Positions 1 through 12,336 of a stretch of 64,000 nucleotides of DNA are shown here, piece after piece; positions within the stretch are counted from its first letter, which is position 1, and each line of letters opens with the position of its first letter. Made by a program: the position numbers and the translations under genes. The stretch covers positions 62,001 through 126,000 of the forward strand of contig NW_003314361.1 in the NCBI RefSeq assembly GCF_000143415.4. The letters run 5' to 3'. The notes beneath the pieces were generated by a model, which saw nothing but the letters and a program-made list of their open reading frames with translations, searched no databases and had not been told where the DNA came from. Source of the DNA: Selaginella moellendorffii. Lineage: Eukaryota > Plantae > Lycopodiophyta.

Positions 1-2
1 TG

Positions 3-1388
3 CACTGTTAGTCCGGCTTGCCGGACTATGTCTGCAGCCACAAAATTATCCGAAGCACCCGTGTCAATAAGGATCTTAACAAAGCTACCTCCGAGCTTCC
101 CTCGGAGGGCTAGTAGATGTCGCGAACGACTCTCTACCAAAGTTGCTCGTGTAATGAGTAACTTTGAGTTAGGGACTGGATCACATACCTCAGTTTGGAC
201 TTCACCCGACTTGATGGCCATATTGGCTCTGGCCTTCTTCGGGTAGGGACATTCCCTCGAGAAGTGTCCCACTTCGCCGCAGTTGTAGCATACGTTGTTG
301 CCCACGCTGCTATATGACTTGACCTTCTTATCCGTGGGTTTGTCTTTTTTCGCTTGACTTCCCCACGTACTCGCTCGCTGGCCACCGGCTTTGCCTTTCC
401 GGAACCCCGAGGACTCATTCTTAGAGAAACTCTTCTTGAATTTCCCCTTGTTATATGTTCCCCTCGGTTTGGCCCCTTTGTGAAATGTGGATCCCGACCC
501 CGTCGTGTTCCCCTTTCGCAGGTTATCGTTGAAATGCACCTTGATGGCCGCATCCAACGCTTCCTTGTAGTTGGTCGGGTTCCAGCGCATCACCTCACCG
601 CGAGCCCAGGTTTGCAAACCTGATATAAAGGCATGGAACGCATCCATATCCCCCATGTCCGTGACAAGTATCCTCTTTGCCATGAACCCATTCACATATT
701 CCTGGATGGTTCCAGTCTGCTTCAGCCTACTCAACTCATCTCTCAGATGCAGAGTGGCATTCGGAGGAACGTATGTCGCGCGGATCCTCGCCTTCATCAT
801 GTCCCAGGTGGCCACCGGTCCTTCGTTGGCCTCCGTTGTTCTCCACCAAGACTTGGCATTATCTGCCAAGTATGGTTTTGCACATGGGACCTTCTCCGAG
901 CTCGGTAACCGCAACGCTCGGAAGTAGTCCTCCATATCGTAAAACCAATCCTCCACAACCTTATAGTCGTTCACTCCCTTGAACACCGGTGGGGGCTTTG
1001 GTTTGTACTTGGGAACTGCCTGAGGGACTGATTCCACTTCGGTCTGTTCGACCTTGTCTGGTTTTGCCTCAGTCCCTGCCGAAGGGTCCGCACCTTCTGC
1101 GCTGCCAGCATCCGCAGTCTTTCGCTTTTTCTTCCGCTTCTCGTCACGCTTTAACTTGCATACGAGAGTCTCCAGCAGGGTATTGGTCTGTGCCAACTGT
1201 CCTTCTAGCACGTCCAATCGAGCCTTGGACGACCGAACCTCGCCACCGGACTCCTGTTTGGAAGTTTCCTCACTGGAGTCCTCCTCATGCAAGGATTCCT
1301 CATCCATAGCCTCTTGTTCAACCGGAGGCTCCAGCTCCGGCGGAGGTTCCGTCTCCGCCTGGGTTCGCTTACGCCCTGCCCTTGCCAT
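3..1388 (-). CDS. gag: Gag-protease of F1a (partial; frame appears open to the window edge)
   Basis: Manual translation from ATG at 1388 (MARAGRKRTQAETEPPPELEPP...) gives capsid-like PPPVFKG...EDWF...AKSWWR, zinc knuckle CYNCGEVGHFSREC and aspartic protease ILIDTGASDNFV. Confidence 0.85.
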   Translation of the reverse strand, partial: MARAGRKRTQAETEPPPELEPPVEQEAMDEESLHEEDSSEETSKQESGGEVRSSKARLDVLEGQLAQTNTLLETLVCKLKRDEKRKKKRKTADAGSAEGADPSAGTEAKPDKVEQTEVESVPQAVPKYKPKPPPVFKGVNDYKVVEDWFYDMEDYFRALRLPSSEKVPCAKPYLADNAKSWWRTTEANEGPVATWDMMKARIRATYVPPNATLHLRDELSRLKQTGTIQEYVNGFMAKRILVTDMGDMDAFHAFISGLQTWARGEVMRWNPTNYKEALDAAIKVHFNDNLRKGNTTGSGSTFHKGAKPRGTYNKGKFKKSFSKNESSGFRKGKAGGQRASTWGSQAKKDKPTDKKVKSYSSVGNNVCYNCGEVGHFSRECPYPKKARANMAIKSGEVQTEVCDPVPNSKLLITRATLVESRSRHLLALRGKLGGSFVKILIDTGASDNFVAADIVRQAGLTV

Positions 1389-1432
1389 CTCCCAGCAATC
1401 CGCCTCTATCCTTCGCTAGAACTGAGATAAAG

Positions 1433-1444
1433 GCTCCGATACCA
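1433..1444 (-). promoter_or_regulatory. Primer-binding site (tRNA-iMet) of F1a
   Basis: Reverse complement TGGTATCGGAGC lies 3 nt inside the LTR end. Confidence 0.9.
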
Positions 1445-1447
1445 AAT

Positions 1448-2595
1448 TGTAAGCCACAAATTTTTCCTTTCCAATTTGCCAGCTTACCTCGTCTATCCGT
1501 CCAACACTGCCTTGGCTTTTGCTAAGTTCCCTTGCCAAGGTTCTCGCCTATGGTACCAGCTCCTACTTGGTTTCAGCTACTCACTGCACGAGCAACAGAG
1601 TGTTAGCCATCCTTCCACGGATTCCCAAATCACTCCCAATCCCCCTCCCCGGGTTAGACTGGACTTAAGGTTCGGCTACACTCCCCGCAGGCACAAGCAG
1701 CCAAGCACACCAAGCTTCCAGGTTCCTAACATCCCTTGGTACCACAAGACTTGATCATGGGACCCTCTAAATCCCAAGTCTTGAGTGCAACACTAGCTTC
1801 GGGACGCCGGGGCGAAACACCGTGGCCTAACGGCCCGGTATGGGTACCTCTCGCCCCCCACTTCCATCCCGAAGGAAGGCCCAAGCCCCTAGGAAGGGCG
1901 AGGACCAATGAGCCGCATGGTACTCAAGTGGGGCACCACTCCACATGAGCCGGGAGCACCGCAATCGGTTTCCCTTTCGGGAGTGGGAGCTGCTCTTGAG
2001 CACTTCCTTGGATGGCCCCTCCGGCACCAGCCAAGTCCATGCTCACTCCCACCCAAGGCCCCTTAGTCCCAGTCCCAACCTCAAGTCGGTTTGGAAGCCC
2101 AACTGGAGAGTCCCTTCAAAACTGGTTCCTGGACCTCACTATCCCTACTATACTTTTGGAACCCCCTGCAGCCCCCCCCCCCTGGGGGACGCACGCTTTG
2201 GGCTTTCACCCCTTGACCCGTATTAGTATTTGGACTTAGTCTCTGGCTCGATCTCGGATCCGATTTCGGATCCGACTTCGGATTCGGTCTCGGACTCGAT
2301 CGCGGACTCGATCTCGGACCCGATCTCGGGCCCGACCTCGGACTCGACTTCGGACTCGGTCTCGTACCCGATTTCGGATCTCGGACTCCGTCTCGAACTC
2401 GGTCTCGAACTCGGACTCGAACTCGGTCCCCGAGTCGGTCTTGGACTCGATTCCGGACTCTATCTCGAACTTGGTCCTAGAGTCGGTCTTGGACTCGATC
2501 TTTGACTTGGTCCCATCCGATGAACTCTTTGTCATTTTGGTCATGCTTTCGGGGTTCCCTTAGCCTACGACACCTCGGCGAGTTGGTTCCTTACA
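1448..2595 (-). repeat. 5' LTR of F1a (~1.15 kb) with internal hexamer-based tandem repeat (~2240-2510)
   Basis: TGTAAG...CTTACA termini; homologous to 44917-45984, 50467-52450 and 57658-58390. Confidence 0.93.
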
Positions 2596-2599
2596 TTGG

Positions 2600-4800
2600 T
2601 CTCCGGATTGTGAGCGGGCGTTCGTAGATTTCAAAGAGCTATTGACAACTCCTCTAGTTTTGGTATATCTTGATTACACTCAACCTTTTATTTTGCATGT
2701 GAATGCTTCTTATGGTCTTGGAGGTGTGTTGATGCAAGAGAGCCCAAGTGTGCTTGGTCAATGCCATCCCATTGCATAAATAAGCCATACATTACAACTA
2801 ACAAAGGTGAACTACTCCACGACAGAGGAGTGTTTAACAGCAGCTTGGGGTTTTGAAAAACTTCATGCATATCTACATGGTTTTTGGACACTATTTGAAG
2901 GTGATCATGCTGCTGTTACTTCATTATTGAAGCAAAAGAACTTGGTTGGTTGTACTGCTTGATGAGCTTTGAAGCTTTAAATATATGATTTTGATGTTGT
3001 TCATTGCATGGGGAGTTTTATGGCTGATGCTGATGCCCTTTCTTGAGCTTTTCTTTATTCTTATGTTTCTGACAAGCCTATTGTTCTAGCATCTATGGAT
3101 TTTTTAAACGAGGATTTTATGCCATTGGTAGTTGCTGTATTTGATGTTCAGTGTCCACAAGGTGCAAAGCAAGATCTACTTTCTCTTGATGAGGTTGGTG
3201 AGGTTCAAAAGATTGAGCTATGAATTCGAAGGCTTCAAGATTAGTTTGAGAATCCTATGACTTGCCATTCTAGCATTTACATTCTCAATATCGCTTTGAA
3301 GAAGGCTTTCTTTATTTTGTAGGGACAGATCCTAATGATCCTTTACGGCTGGTGGTGCCTTCCATCTTTATTCCACGGTTTCTCTATACCTACCATGATT
3401 CTCTTGTTCTAGGCAGGCATATAGGACATTGTTGTTTGATCGAGAAGTTGCACAGGTCTTTCTATTGGCCGGAGATGTGATGTGATGTTATCTAGAATGT
3501 GCATAGCTACATTTGGTGTCAAGCTCATAATACTCCTCCTCGTGCTGCAAAAGGATGGTTAGAGTCAATTGCAATTTCCCTTGTGTTTATGTTGGTGGCA
3601 ATGGGACCTTTTTTATGATCGATTGCTGGCAATGAATATGTTATTATTGCTTTTGACTATTTGACTCATTGGGTGGAACTTGGTGCTCTTGCTAGCGCCT
3701 TTGCAACTACTATTGGATACTTCCTCCTTAATCGAGTGGTGTTCCAACATTGTTGTCTGAAGCAAATTCTTTCGAATAATGGTCCCGCATTTATGGCTGA
3801 GGCATTTCATGTTTTGACGTCTCGATTGGGGATACGCCACACTTTCACGAGTGATTATCATCCACAGTTAGACAGTTTGGTGGAACGGCTCGTTCGGACG
3901 TTCAAAGGAATGATCAAAAAGTATGTGAACTTTCAGCATTCGGATTGGGATGGTTATTTGTCGTCTATTCGATATACATATATCATAGGTGTGCAGAGTT
4001 TTATTAATGCTTCACCATGATCCAATATTACCAACGGAGTTGGGTTTTCTTTGCAATTGCCACGAGCTATCGATGCTAGGTCATCGAATCAGTATTTGAT
4101 GAGCATTCTTCCACTTATCCAAGCGGAGTCTGCCAAACACTTAGGTTGCGTACAAGTGGGACAACAACGGCGCTACATTATCCACCTGTGGAGTATAAAG
4201 TGGATGATTTGGTGTTAGTCTATTTTCCCCATCTTACAGTATGTGGTTTATCTAAGGGGCTTCTTGCTCAATGGAAAGGACCATATCGGGTGTTGCAGCA
4301 AATTGAACCACAAGTTTATAAGGTTTAACATGACGTCTAATTGGATCATTTGGGGTGAAGTTGTTAGTCCACCAAGCTAGATCTTGCTTTTGGGTATTGG
4401 CAAGTATCGATAGCTGAAGAAGATATTCCTAAGACTGCTTTTTATACACTGTTTGGTTTGTACGAGTTCTTAGTGATGCTGTTTAGTTTGAACAATGCTC
4501 AAACAACTTTCCAATGGATGATAAACGAGGTTCTTTGCAATATGCCGGAAGTGACTATTGACTTTATTAATGATGTGTTGATCCATTCGGAGGGGATGTG
4601 GGAGGAGCACGTTCATGATGTTTATAAAGTGTTGGATCAGCTATGGGATGTTAGTTTAAAGTTGAAGCGGTCAAGTGCATGTTTGGGTTTAAGGACATGA
4701 CTTATTTTGGGTACCATATTTCTTGTGAGGGTTTGCAAGTTGATCCTAACAAACTTGTGGCTGTTCTAAAGTTCTCTGAATGATATGCAATGCTTTCCGA
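2600..4800 (+). pseudogene. Degenerate Ty3/gypsy pol fragments (RNase H, integrase, then an RT segment)
   Basis: RNase H-like GLGGVLMQ / NYSTTE; integrase ILSNNGPAF...TSDYHPQLDSLVER; RT LDLAFGYWQV...YEFLVMLFSLNNAQTTFQ...FINDVLIHS; many stops and frameshifts. Confidence 0.8.
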
Positions 4801-4806
4801 GCAAGG

Positions 4807-6334
4807 TGTAGTATCTCGGTTGTTTTGGGGATCATCTTTCGCTAATAGCACCATGCACTTCCTTGAGTAGCACTTTTCAATAGTCCGGCCTTGACGATGG
4901 AGTGAGGATGAGCACATATGGTAGTGGAGCGAGGACAAATGACATGGATTGTGGAGTGAGGACGAGCAGAGCAAATCCGAACAGAACATTCACCCCAACA
5001 TAGTGAGGTTGAATGGATGTGGAGTAAGGCTGGATATAGATGGCAGAGTGAGGACGAGTGCAGCGAGTTCGAATGGAGCCAGTGCTTCAAAACTTGTTTT
5101 CCTCCAAGGATGGGATAAAGAGAATATGGAAGACGAACGGAGTGAGTCTGACCTCCCCGATTCAAAGTTATAGTTGCATGGTTGGTTTGATGTCGCGCAT
5201 GTGACTTCGGGTATCGAAAGTTACCTGTCGACCAGTCCTTACGGACACTCTTACCTTACTGCCACGATGGCAGGAGGTCGGTATTGCTGATTCCTTTTAT
5301 CAGCCCCTCTTGTTCAAGTGTTAGTTTACTGGGCTTAGCACCTGTACTTAGCCAGATGGACATAAGGTAGGAACTCCTATGTGTTTCTAGCTGAGCATAC
5401 TCGGCCTGGCTCTTAGTTCTCTTTTGCTCTGTCTTGCACTGGCTTGACAAGAACCCTCGCGTATTGAGATTGGTCCCTCAATATCGCCGGATGATAGCTT
5501 ACCGTGTCTGCCAAACACCCTCGCTATCATGCCCTTTGTGTTAGTCTCATTTCGGTCCCAAATGCTATTTATGGAAAGTGTCCAGATTTGCTCATTTGGC
5601 ATATCTACGGAATGTAGAGATTGTTCTGAACACAATGGTGTTCGTCCCATGTCCAAATTCGCAATCTAAGGACATTCCATATTTAGTAAGTTTCGAGCTT
5701 GTCCCAGAGACTAACTCCTGATACTAAGGGAGGCTTGGGGTGAAAGCCCAAAGCATGTGTTCCTCAAGGGGGGGGGGCTGTGGGGGGTTCCAAATGTATA
5801 GTATGGATAGTGGGTAGGTCGGGCATGGCCGACCAACCTGAGGCATAGTCTAGCTCCTGCTTGCGTGCCTGTCCTTGTTCTGCGTCCGGCTTGGGTCTAA
5901 GCCCAAGTTCCATTCCATGCTAGCTGGTGGAGTACCCATATCCTCACGTTAGGCCACCGGTATGCTGAAATAGCGCCAGACTCCGTTTGGCTCCGTTTTG
6001 CGTGCTGGTCCTGGCATTGGGATGCTGGTTGCTCCAGGACTGTTCCAAGTTGCTCCGGGCCCCTGTCCCTTCGCTCCTTGGGCTATATGCTCAGGAGTTG
6101 CTCCGTGGTCCGGTTTCATCACTCCTTGGAGTCACGCTTGGGAGTTTGGCACCGTTCCTTCGTTCAGTGGCCCAAGGCCCTGAACCTCGGGTTCCTATGG
6201 ACACGTGGCACGGACACGTGGTATGTGACACGTGGCATCTGTCACGTGGCACAAAGAGGGTTTAGGTTCCGCTTCGTGGTGTTATCCTATGGTAAATCAC
6301 CATAGGATAAAGGGTCAAAACCACGTGCGCTACA
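4807..6334 (+). repeat. LTR of family F3 (probably solo; 5' boundary tentative)
   Basis: TGTAG...CTACA inverted ends; its last ~530 bp recur inverted at 42138-42641; no exact TSD seen. Confidence 0.6.
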
Positions 6335-7149
6335 TTTGAGCATTTGAGAGTTGTATATAGAGTTGCAAGTGGTTCATTGAGGTTCCATAATCGGCTAATG
6401 TTTATCCCATAGATTCAGATTTATTTCAGTCATGGTTCTTGACAACTTTGTTGGTGGTTTTGTGGGAGTTTCAAATTCTTATGGTAGTTTATAATCGCAT
6501 AGCAGAAGCTCTAGGTGTTCCATCTGACTTATTATCATCACCTTTTCATCTTCCAGAGGGAAGGATGGTATAAGGTTTTTAAATACATGTATGTATATAC
6601 ATATATTACCCTAGCTAGGTAATACTTTAATTATATTACTATAGCATATGGATTGTTCATTTGGGACTGAATCTAGTCTATTCATTCTTGTATATAAGTA
6701 GGGTCTAAACCCCATATCCTGAGCACTCACATATTCATTTAAAGTATAATTGTTTTACTTCATAATTTTATATCACCTGTTAAAACTAATTAATTATAGA
6801 ATGAATGTTTTCCAAAATTAAAAAAAATTTACCTCATTTCTAGTTTTAAATTATGTATTACACCTTCAATAGAAAATAGTAAATTATATGTGCATATCGT
6901 TTACAAAACCAACCAAAAACAATACTTTCGAGTGAGATGGTCATTTGAGGATCTTCTAGATTCAATTCCCATTTCTTTTCCCACCACCTTATATATCATT
7001 GATTGTCTAGTTGATTATATGGACCACATGGGATATACTATTGAACTTTGACTTGTGTAATACTATGTATAAGTTTTGGATTTTCCACATATCTTCCCAA
7101 CCATATTCTCCTGGACGAACAAATACATAATATCCTTCAGTAATTTTAG

Positions 7150-9150
7150 AGATGGTAAAACATTTTTGAGGTTGTTGAGTTTTTGAACCAACATAATAAT
7201 TATCTGGTATATCAAGTTTATTATTCTCATTATATGATTCTTTTATTTTGTTAATCTCTCTTCAGGAATATGGCCAAAATCCTCCTAAAAGTCTTGAATT
7301 AACTTTTGGGGTAGTTATTTACTACTTGTTTCCAATAATTAAGTATGGGCTCCATTTTGATAGTATAACCATAGTAATACCTTTTTGTGGAAATCCTTTA
7401 TGCAATTGATCTATTATCTTTTGTAATCCTGGTATAACTAATGGATCAACCTTAGTTAAAGGTAATGGTTTAGGTTCACCAATAGGAAAAAGTGGTTCTT
7501 TATTTGTTGAATTTCATTTAAAAAGCTCAATTCCATCTTGTTGAAGCCATTTTTTATGAAAAGCTCGCATTTTATATCACATAACTGGAAAATTACCTCT
7601 CATAGAAAAGTGAAATTGTAATGGTTTAGAATGCCTTTAAAGCTCATTTGCACTATTATTAATATAACCATTCACAAAACTTTTAAAATCTGGTACTTCT
7701 AAATGTCCTTCAAGCCCGTTAGAGATACAATTTTGCAATTGATGTATATAGGTGGGAATGTAAAACATGTTTGATGCTGAAGTGAATTTGAAACATGACT
7801 GAATAAAGCATCAACATCCTCATGCATATGCCCTACTATTAGAAAACTAGCAGTGATTATATTGAAACATCCACAAACCATAAGGAGGGATAAATGTGCA
7901 AATAACCATCGATCCACATGTTTTCTGATCCACGATTATCAAGTTGTAATAAAATATTTAGTGGTATACTTGGTGCACTAATAGTTGTGACTGTTAAAGG
8001 AGTGCACAAGGTCTCAGGTCAAAGTATTTAGACTATTTTGAGATTTAGTGCACGAGGTCGAGGTCAAAGTATTTAGACTATTTTGAGATTTTGACTCTCC
8101 TTGAAGTTGATGACTAATAAATGCTTTGTTATCAAGAAAAGCATTATGGAACTTTTTGACCTTCTATAATTATTCATTTTTCCCCATGCTTTAATTTTTG
8201 TAAATGTAGTAAAATTTTTTATAATGAACCAATTGTTAAATTTGGATCACCAAGCCATTGTGGAACAGAAAAAATGCCCATATGCACCAAATCTATAACC
8301 ATGTGCTAATAGTCCAAAGAGTGATAAAGGAAAAGGATATACTTGACTACAATCTTTTGGTATATGCTCAAGCCTTGATAAAGATGTTTTTTTATGATCC
8401 ATCTTATCATGTATAATAGATAAGTATTTGTGAGGTTGTTGTGTTGACAATTAGCATAATAAGCTGTTCTACAATTTTTTTGTCAAGCATATGATTATCT
8501 CGTCTAATAGCATAATCTTGTTTCTCATGCTCTGATTTTGCAGCTTGTAAGCTTTTCTTTATAAGTTGACACTCATTGCATTTAGAAAAGCTGGTATGCT
8601 TTGCAATGATCACATCTGGATGTGATTTAAAAATTTTGTTGAAAGTTGAAAGACTTGCAGTCTTTAGCCCTTGTGTAAGAAGTTCTTCATTTAATTGCTT
8701 AAGTATTGAAGTTTGGGTAAGCATGGCTGGAAGAACCTTTTGAGTATCTTGAATCCCTTCAAGTGTTGTCCTTGATTTATAGGGCATTTTATCACTATTA
8801 ACATCCACAGATGTTGAAAATAATTCTTGTAATACTATTGTGTTTTGTTGGGATTTTTTTTTACCTGAGTTGCCATGAAAAGCTCAAGTTACAGAACCAT
8901 TCCACTCCATTTTAACTTGATAAAAAATGGATTTACTAAAATCATGTATAATACACCATGCTTTGGCACATATAATACATGCATTAAAAACCATACCAAA
9001 ATCTTTATCGAAGTTTTCTGAATGTATTATAGCATGGGAAAGAGCTTTGAAAATAAATTCTTGATAGTCTTTCCAACATTAATTCCATATTGAACTCCTT
9101 GCATTAAAATTTTTATCTCTTCTTGCAACTTGACAACACCTGATAATAAA
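7150..9150 (-). pseudogene. Old AT-rich decayed transposase, same family as 27228-29966
   Basis: Fragments KMPYKSRTTLEGIQDTQKVLP, FSKCNEC, YLSIIHDKMDHKKT...LFGLLAHG and FLIVGHMHEDVDALFS align colinearly with the 27-30 kb transposase. Confidence 0.85.
8001..8092. repeat. Tandem duplication of ~46 bp
   Basis: AGTGCACRAGGTC..AGGTCAAAGTATTTAGACTATTTTGAGATTT occurs twice in tandem. Confidence 0.85.
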
Positions 9151-12100
9151 GAATTAAGTCAATAGTTATAAACTGTAATATTATAATATTATATGTGTTT
9201 ATTATATACCTTCAAGAGCAAGAGTAGAGACTTTTCTTATATTAACTAGTGATTGTTGCTTATGTTTATGAGTTGGATTGATGAAGAGGTAAATGTTTTA
9301 TTTTGTATATCTTCCTAGGTGGAGCAGAAGAAGAAATAGAGTTATGCATAAGTTTAAGCATCCAAAGAAGAAAGACCCGATGTAAGTGAAAAACAGTTAG
9401 GAATAGTTATATAATCATGTAGTATATAAATAGCACTTAAACGTGCTAGAAAATAACCCCCACTCATTGTTGTATCTTTTGCATTGAATTAACCATCTTT
9501 TCTCCCGTCTATGACTGTTTGTGCAAAGTAAAGTTAAGAGAGTGATATATGCTTATTCTTGCTCACACCTTTGGGGTTCAAGGCTGAGTTCTATTCTCTT
9601 CTTTTTTTTTCTCTATGATCTTGTCTCTGTTTATTTGTCACTATTTTGTAAGTAGGGGCGAGAATATGAATATAGACAGAAAAAGCCTTACTCACTTTGG
9701 CAACTATAGTGGGATAAACTATCGCTTTTTGGCTTTGAAAATAGCCGGGAGAAAATCACTTGTGAATTCCAAACGTGCTCAACATTATGAATCACAAGTA
9801 GATATCTTCAGTGATTATAGAGGTTTTGAGCCCAGACAACATTGAACAAAGGAGCTCTTTTTGCTATTGCAGTGGCTTAATGTCCAAAAACGCAAGAGAG
9901 ACAGTTCTTCAACCATCACATAAGTCATAGATTTTAAAACAAGTTTGAAATTAGAATTTAGCATACATTGCCAAGAAACTTAAGTTTAAATTGTTTCGCC
10001 AGTAATTTCTTGAGAAAAATCCAAAAGAAGAAGAAATGAAATCTATTTATCCCAAGTTGAAGTCTCCTATGCATATTGCAAAAGCTTACAAGACTCGAAC
10101 AAGACTTACAAATCAAAAATTCAGAAATGGTTATTAGGAACTGATTTAACCATTCAAACTATTCTATGCCTAGTACACATAGGTGAATTAAGCAAGGCTC
10201 ATCTTTTATACATAGAGAGTTTACAAACATTGCTTAGTGTGAAAGGTGTTATTCTTTTATAAATTTTGAGAGCACTCATATCACATCTAGCCCCATAGGG
10301 AGAAATCAAGGGCAATTATATGAAACACACCTTCCCTTGAATGAGGCATAGACAAAGAGAAAATATACAAGTGAATAGGCATGAAAATCTACTTTTTAAA
10401 CCAATTGAGAGACACTTAATTGCTAATTGAAATATTCATCACTTTAGGTGTGAAACACCCTTTTCAAGGTGTGAACCACCCTTCGTGAGATATAATTCAT
10501 AAGTGTATGTACCTTCTCATAGGAAAGAATTCCCACTTAGTGATTATTTTTCACATATGCAAAATTATACAACTACTCTAATAAGAGTTGTAGCTCAATT
10601 TTTATCTACATTTGGAACACATAGATCACCCTTTGTTCTAATTGAACTTTTGCCAGACAAAGCAATTAAGAGGCTTTACGCTATAAACGTGGAACAGAGA
10701 GATATGAAGTTTGTTGTTAGGTGTAGGCATTAGTTTTGGAGACACTTTTATCGTCACTTTGATGTCTAAAGAACTAAAACGTGCTTAGAGATATTAAAAA
10801 AAGGTTTTGTATAAAAAAGTGAAATAGCCTTAGACTGTCCCAGAAATTCTAAAATATATTGCAAAGCTCAAAAATCTATCATATAAGCTTAGAGACTTAT
10901 ATTAACCATAACCACCCATTGATGAAAATGCTAGAGAGAAATTTGTCTTGAAAAGAATTTTTTTTTTAGATCTGAAGTAGAGTTTCCACAAATTAACTAT
11001 CACATGTTTGAAAAGCTACCTAATATCATTCCACAAGCAAATTAATCTATAATAGGCTATTATGCACTAAACAATTTAACTTTTGTGTTGGTTCCACAGG
11101 GCAATTTCATAGAATGGTCTCCATGACCCATTCAAATTAGTCCTTAGTGTTGATCCAATTTGCCCAAGATTTACCAAGAGCAATAGGCCACTTTTTCTAA
11201 TTTCACAGTTGTAAAGGTAAGATTGGCTATAAGTCAGAGGGTAAGACCTACTATGAAGGGGCATGAACCATACTTGAGCTCACGAGTTGAAGAGTTGAGC
11301 TTACGAGTTGAGCTTAATTTTCAGTTGTAATTTAGTACAAACATTATAAACTTTAAAATTTTAAGGTTATGGTGAATCTAATAATTTAATAACTCTCTAT
11401 ATATTATATAGATAAAAATGTTCTAAAGAACACTTCTCGTTCTAATAATTTAAATATTTACTACATGCAATGATAGGGACGTCTTTTAGAATATAAAATA
11501 AAATTTTTGCAAAAAGAGTATTCTTGTCACTTCTTTAAATTTGTACTCTATGCTTTCTGGCTAGTAAATGTCAGGTTTGTCAGAATTAAAAAATTATGAA
11601 ATTTGAAATAAGATTCTATGTAAAGCCATATAACCGTTTGAAAAGAAAAATAAAATAACTGTTGATGTAAGCTTATTGCATATAAAAGAAAGACTTAGTT
11701 CTTTTTAGAATACATTCTTGAGGGGTTTGTCATAGCATACTATCTAGATTTTAGAAATCTTCATTCACACTCTCATTTGAAAAAAGCGAAATACACACAA
11801 ATATCTATAGATTTTAGTGTTGGTAATTTTAACTCTCACAATCTTTCTTCCCAGAGTTCAAGGGCTAGGAGATGCAATAACTATCCCATTGCACAGCATA
11901 ACCAAACCACACAAAAGAATGAAAGAGAGGATAGTGAGGATAGTAATCATGAGTTGGAGATAAATGCAATAACAACAAATTGGGTGAAAAAAAATGACTT
12001 CTTACTTGTTTTAGAAAAGTGCAATTCTGCCACTTTCAAGAAGTGCCCCATATGTTTTCTAGCGTCTGATGGAAACAATGGCAATGATCAATATGATAGT

Positions 12101-12336
12101 ATATATGCTCTTGCAACACACTACAACATTACGCACCCAAAAAACTATTATGAAATCTTTTTTGAGATGGTAAAGACAGAAATGGAGACACACAAGTACT
12201 ATGGGTAGTATTGCGAAAAGAACACTCAGAAGCATATAAAATGAAAAGTGAAATGAAAAAGCACATTTTCATTAATTATATAAAGTATAATAAGTTTTAT
12301 TGATAGAGAATAAACATTGATAGTGTTGGAGAAATC

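Larger units (their letters stand above)
1..2595 (-). mobile_element. Ty3/gypsy (chromovirus) LTR retrotransposon, family F1 copy a; 5' LTR + PBS + gag/protease, runs off the window start
   Basis: LTR 1448-2595 with TG...CA ends, PBS TGGTATCGGAGC, gag CCHC knuckle and protease DTGA motif; closely similar to the copies at 44917-52450 and 52451-58390. Confidence 0.95.

Noticed and set aside
11777-12208. 143-aa ORF with CxxC...HxxxxH as a standalone gene
   Set aside because: Non-ATG start, AT-rich context, atypical spacing; mentioned only as possible cargo
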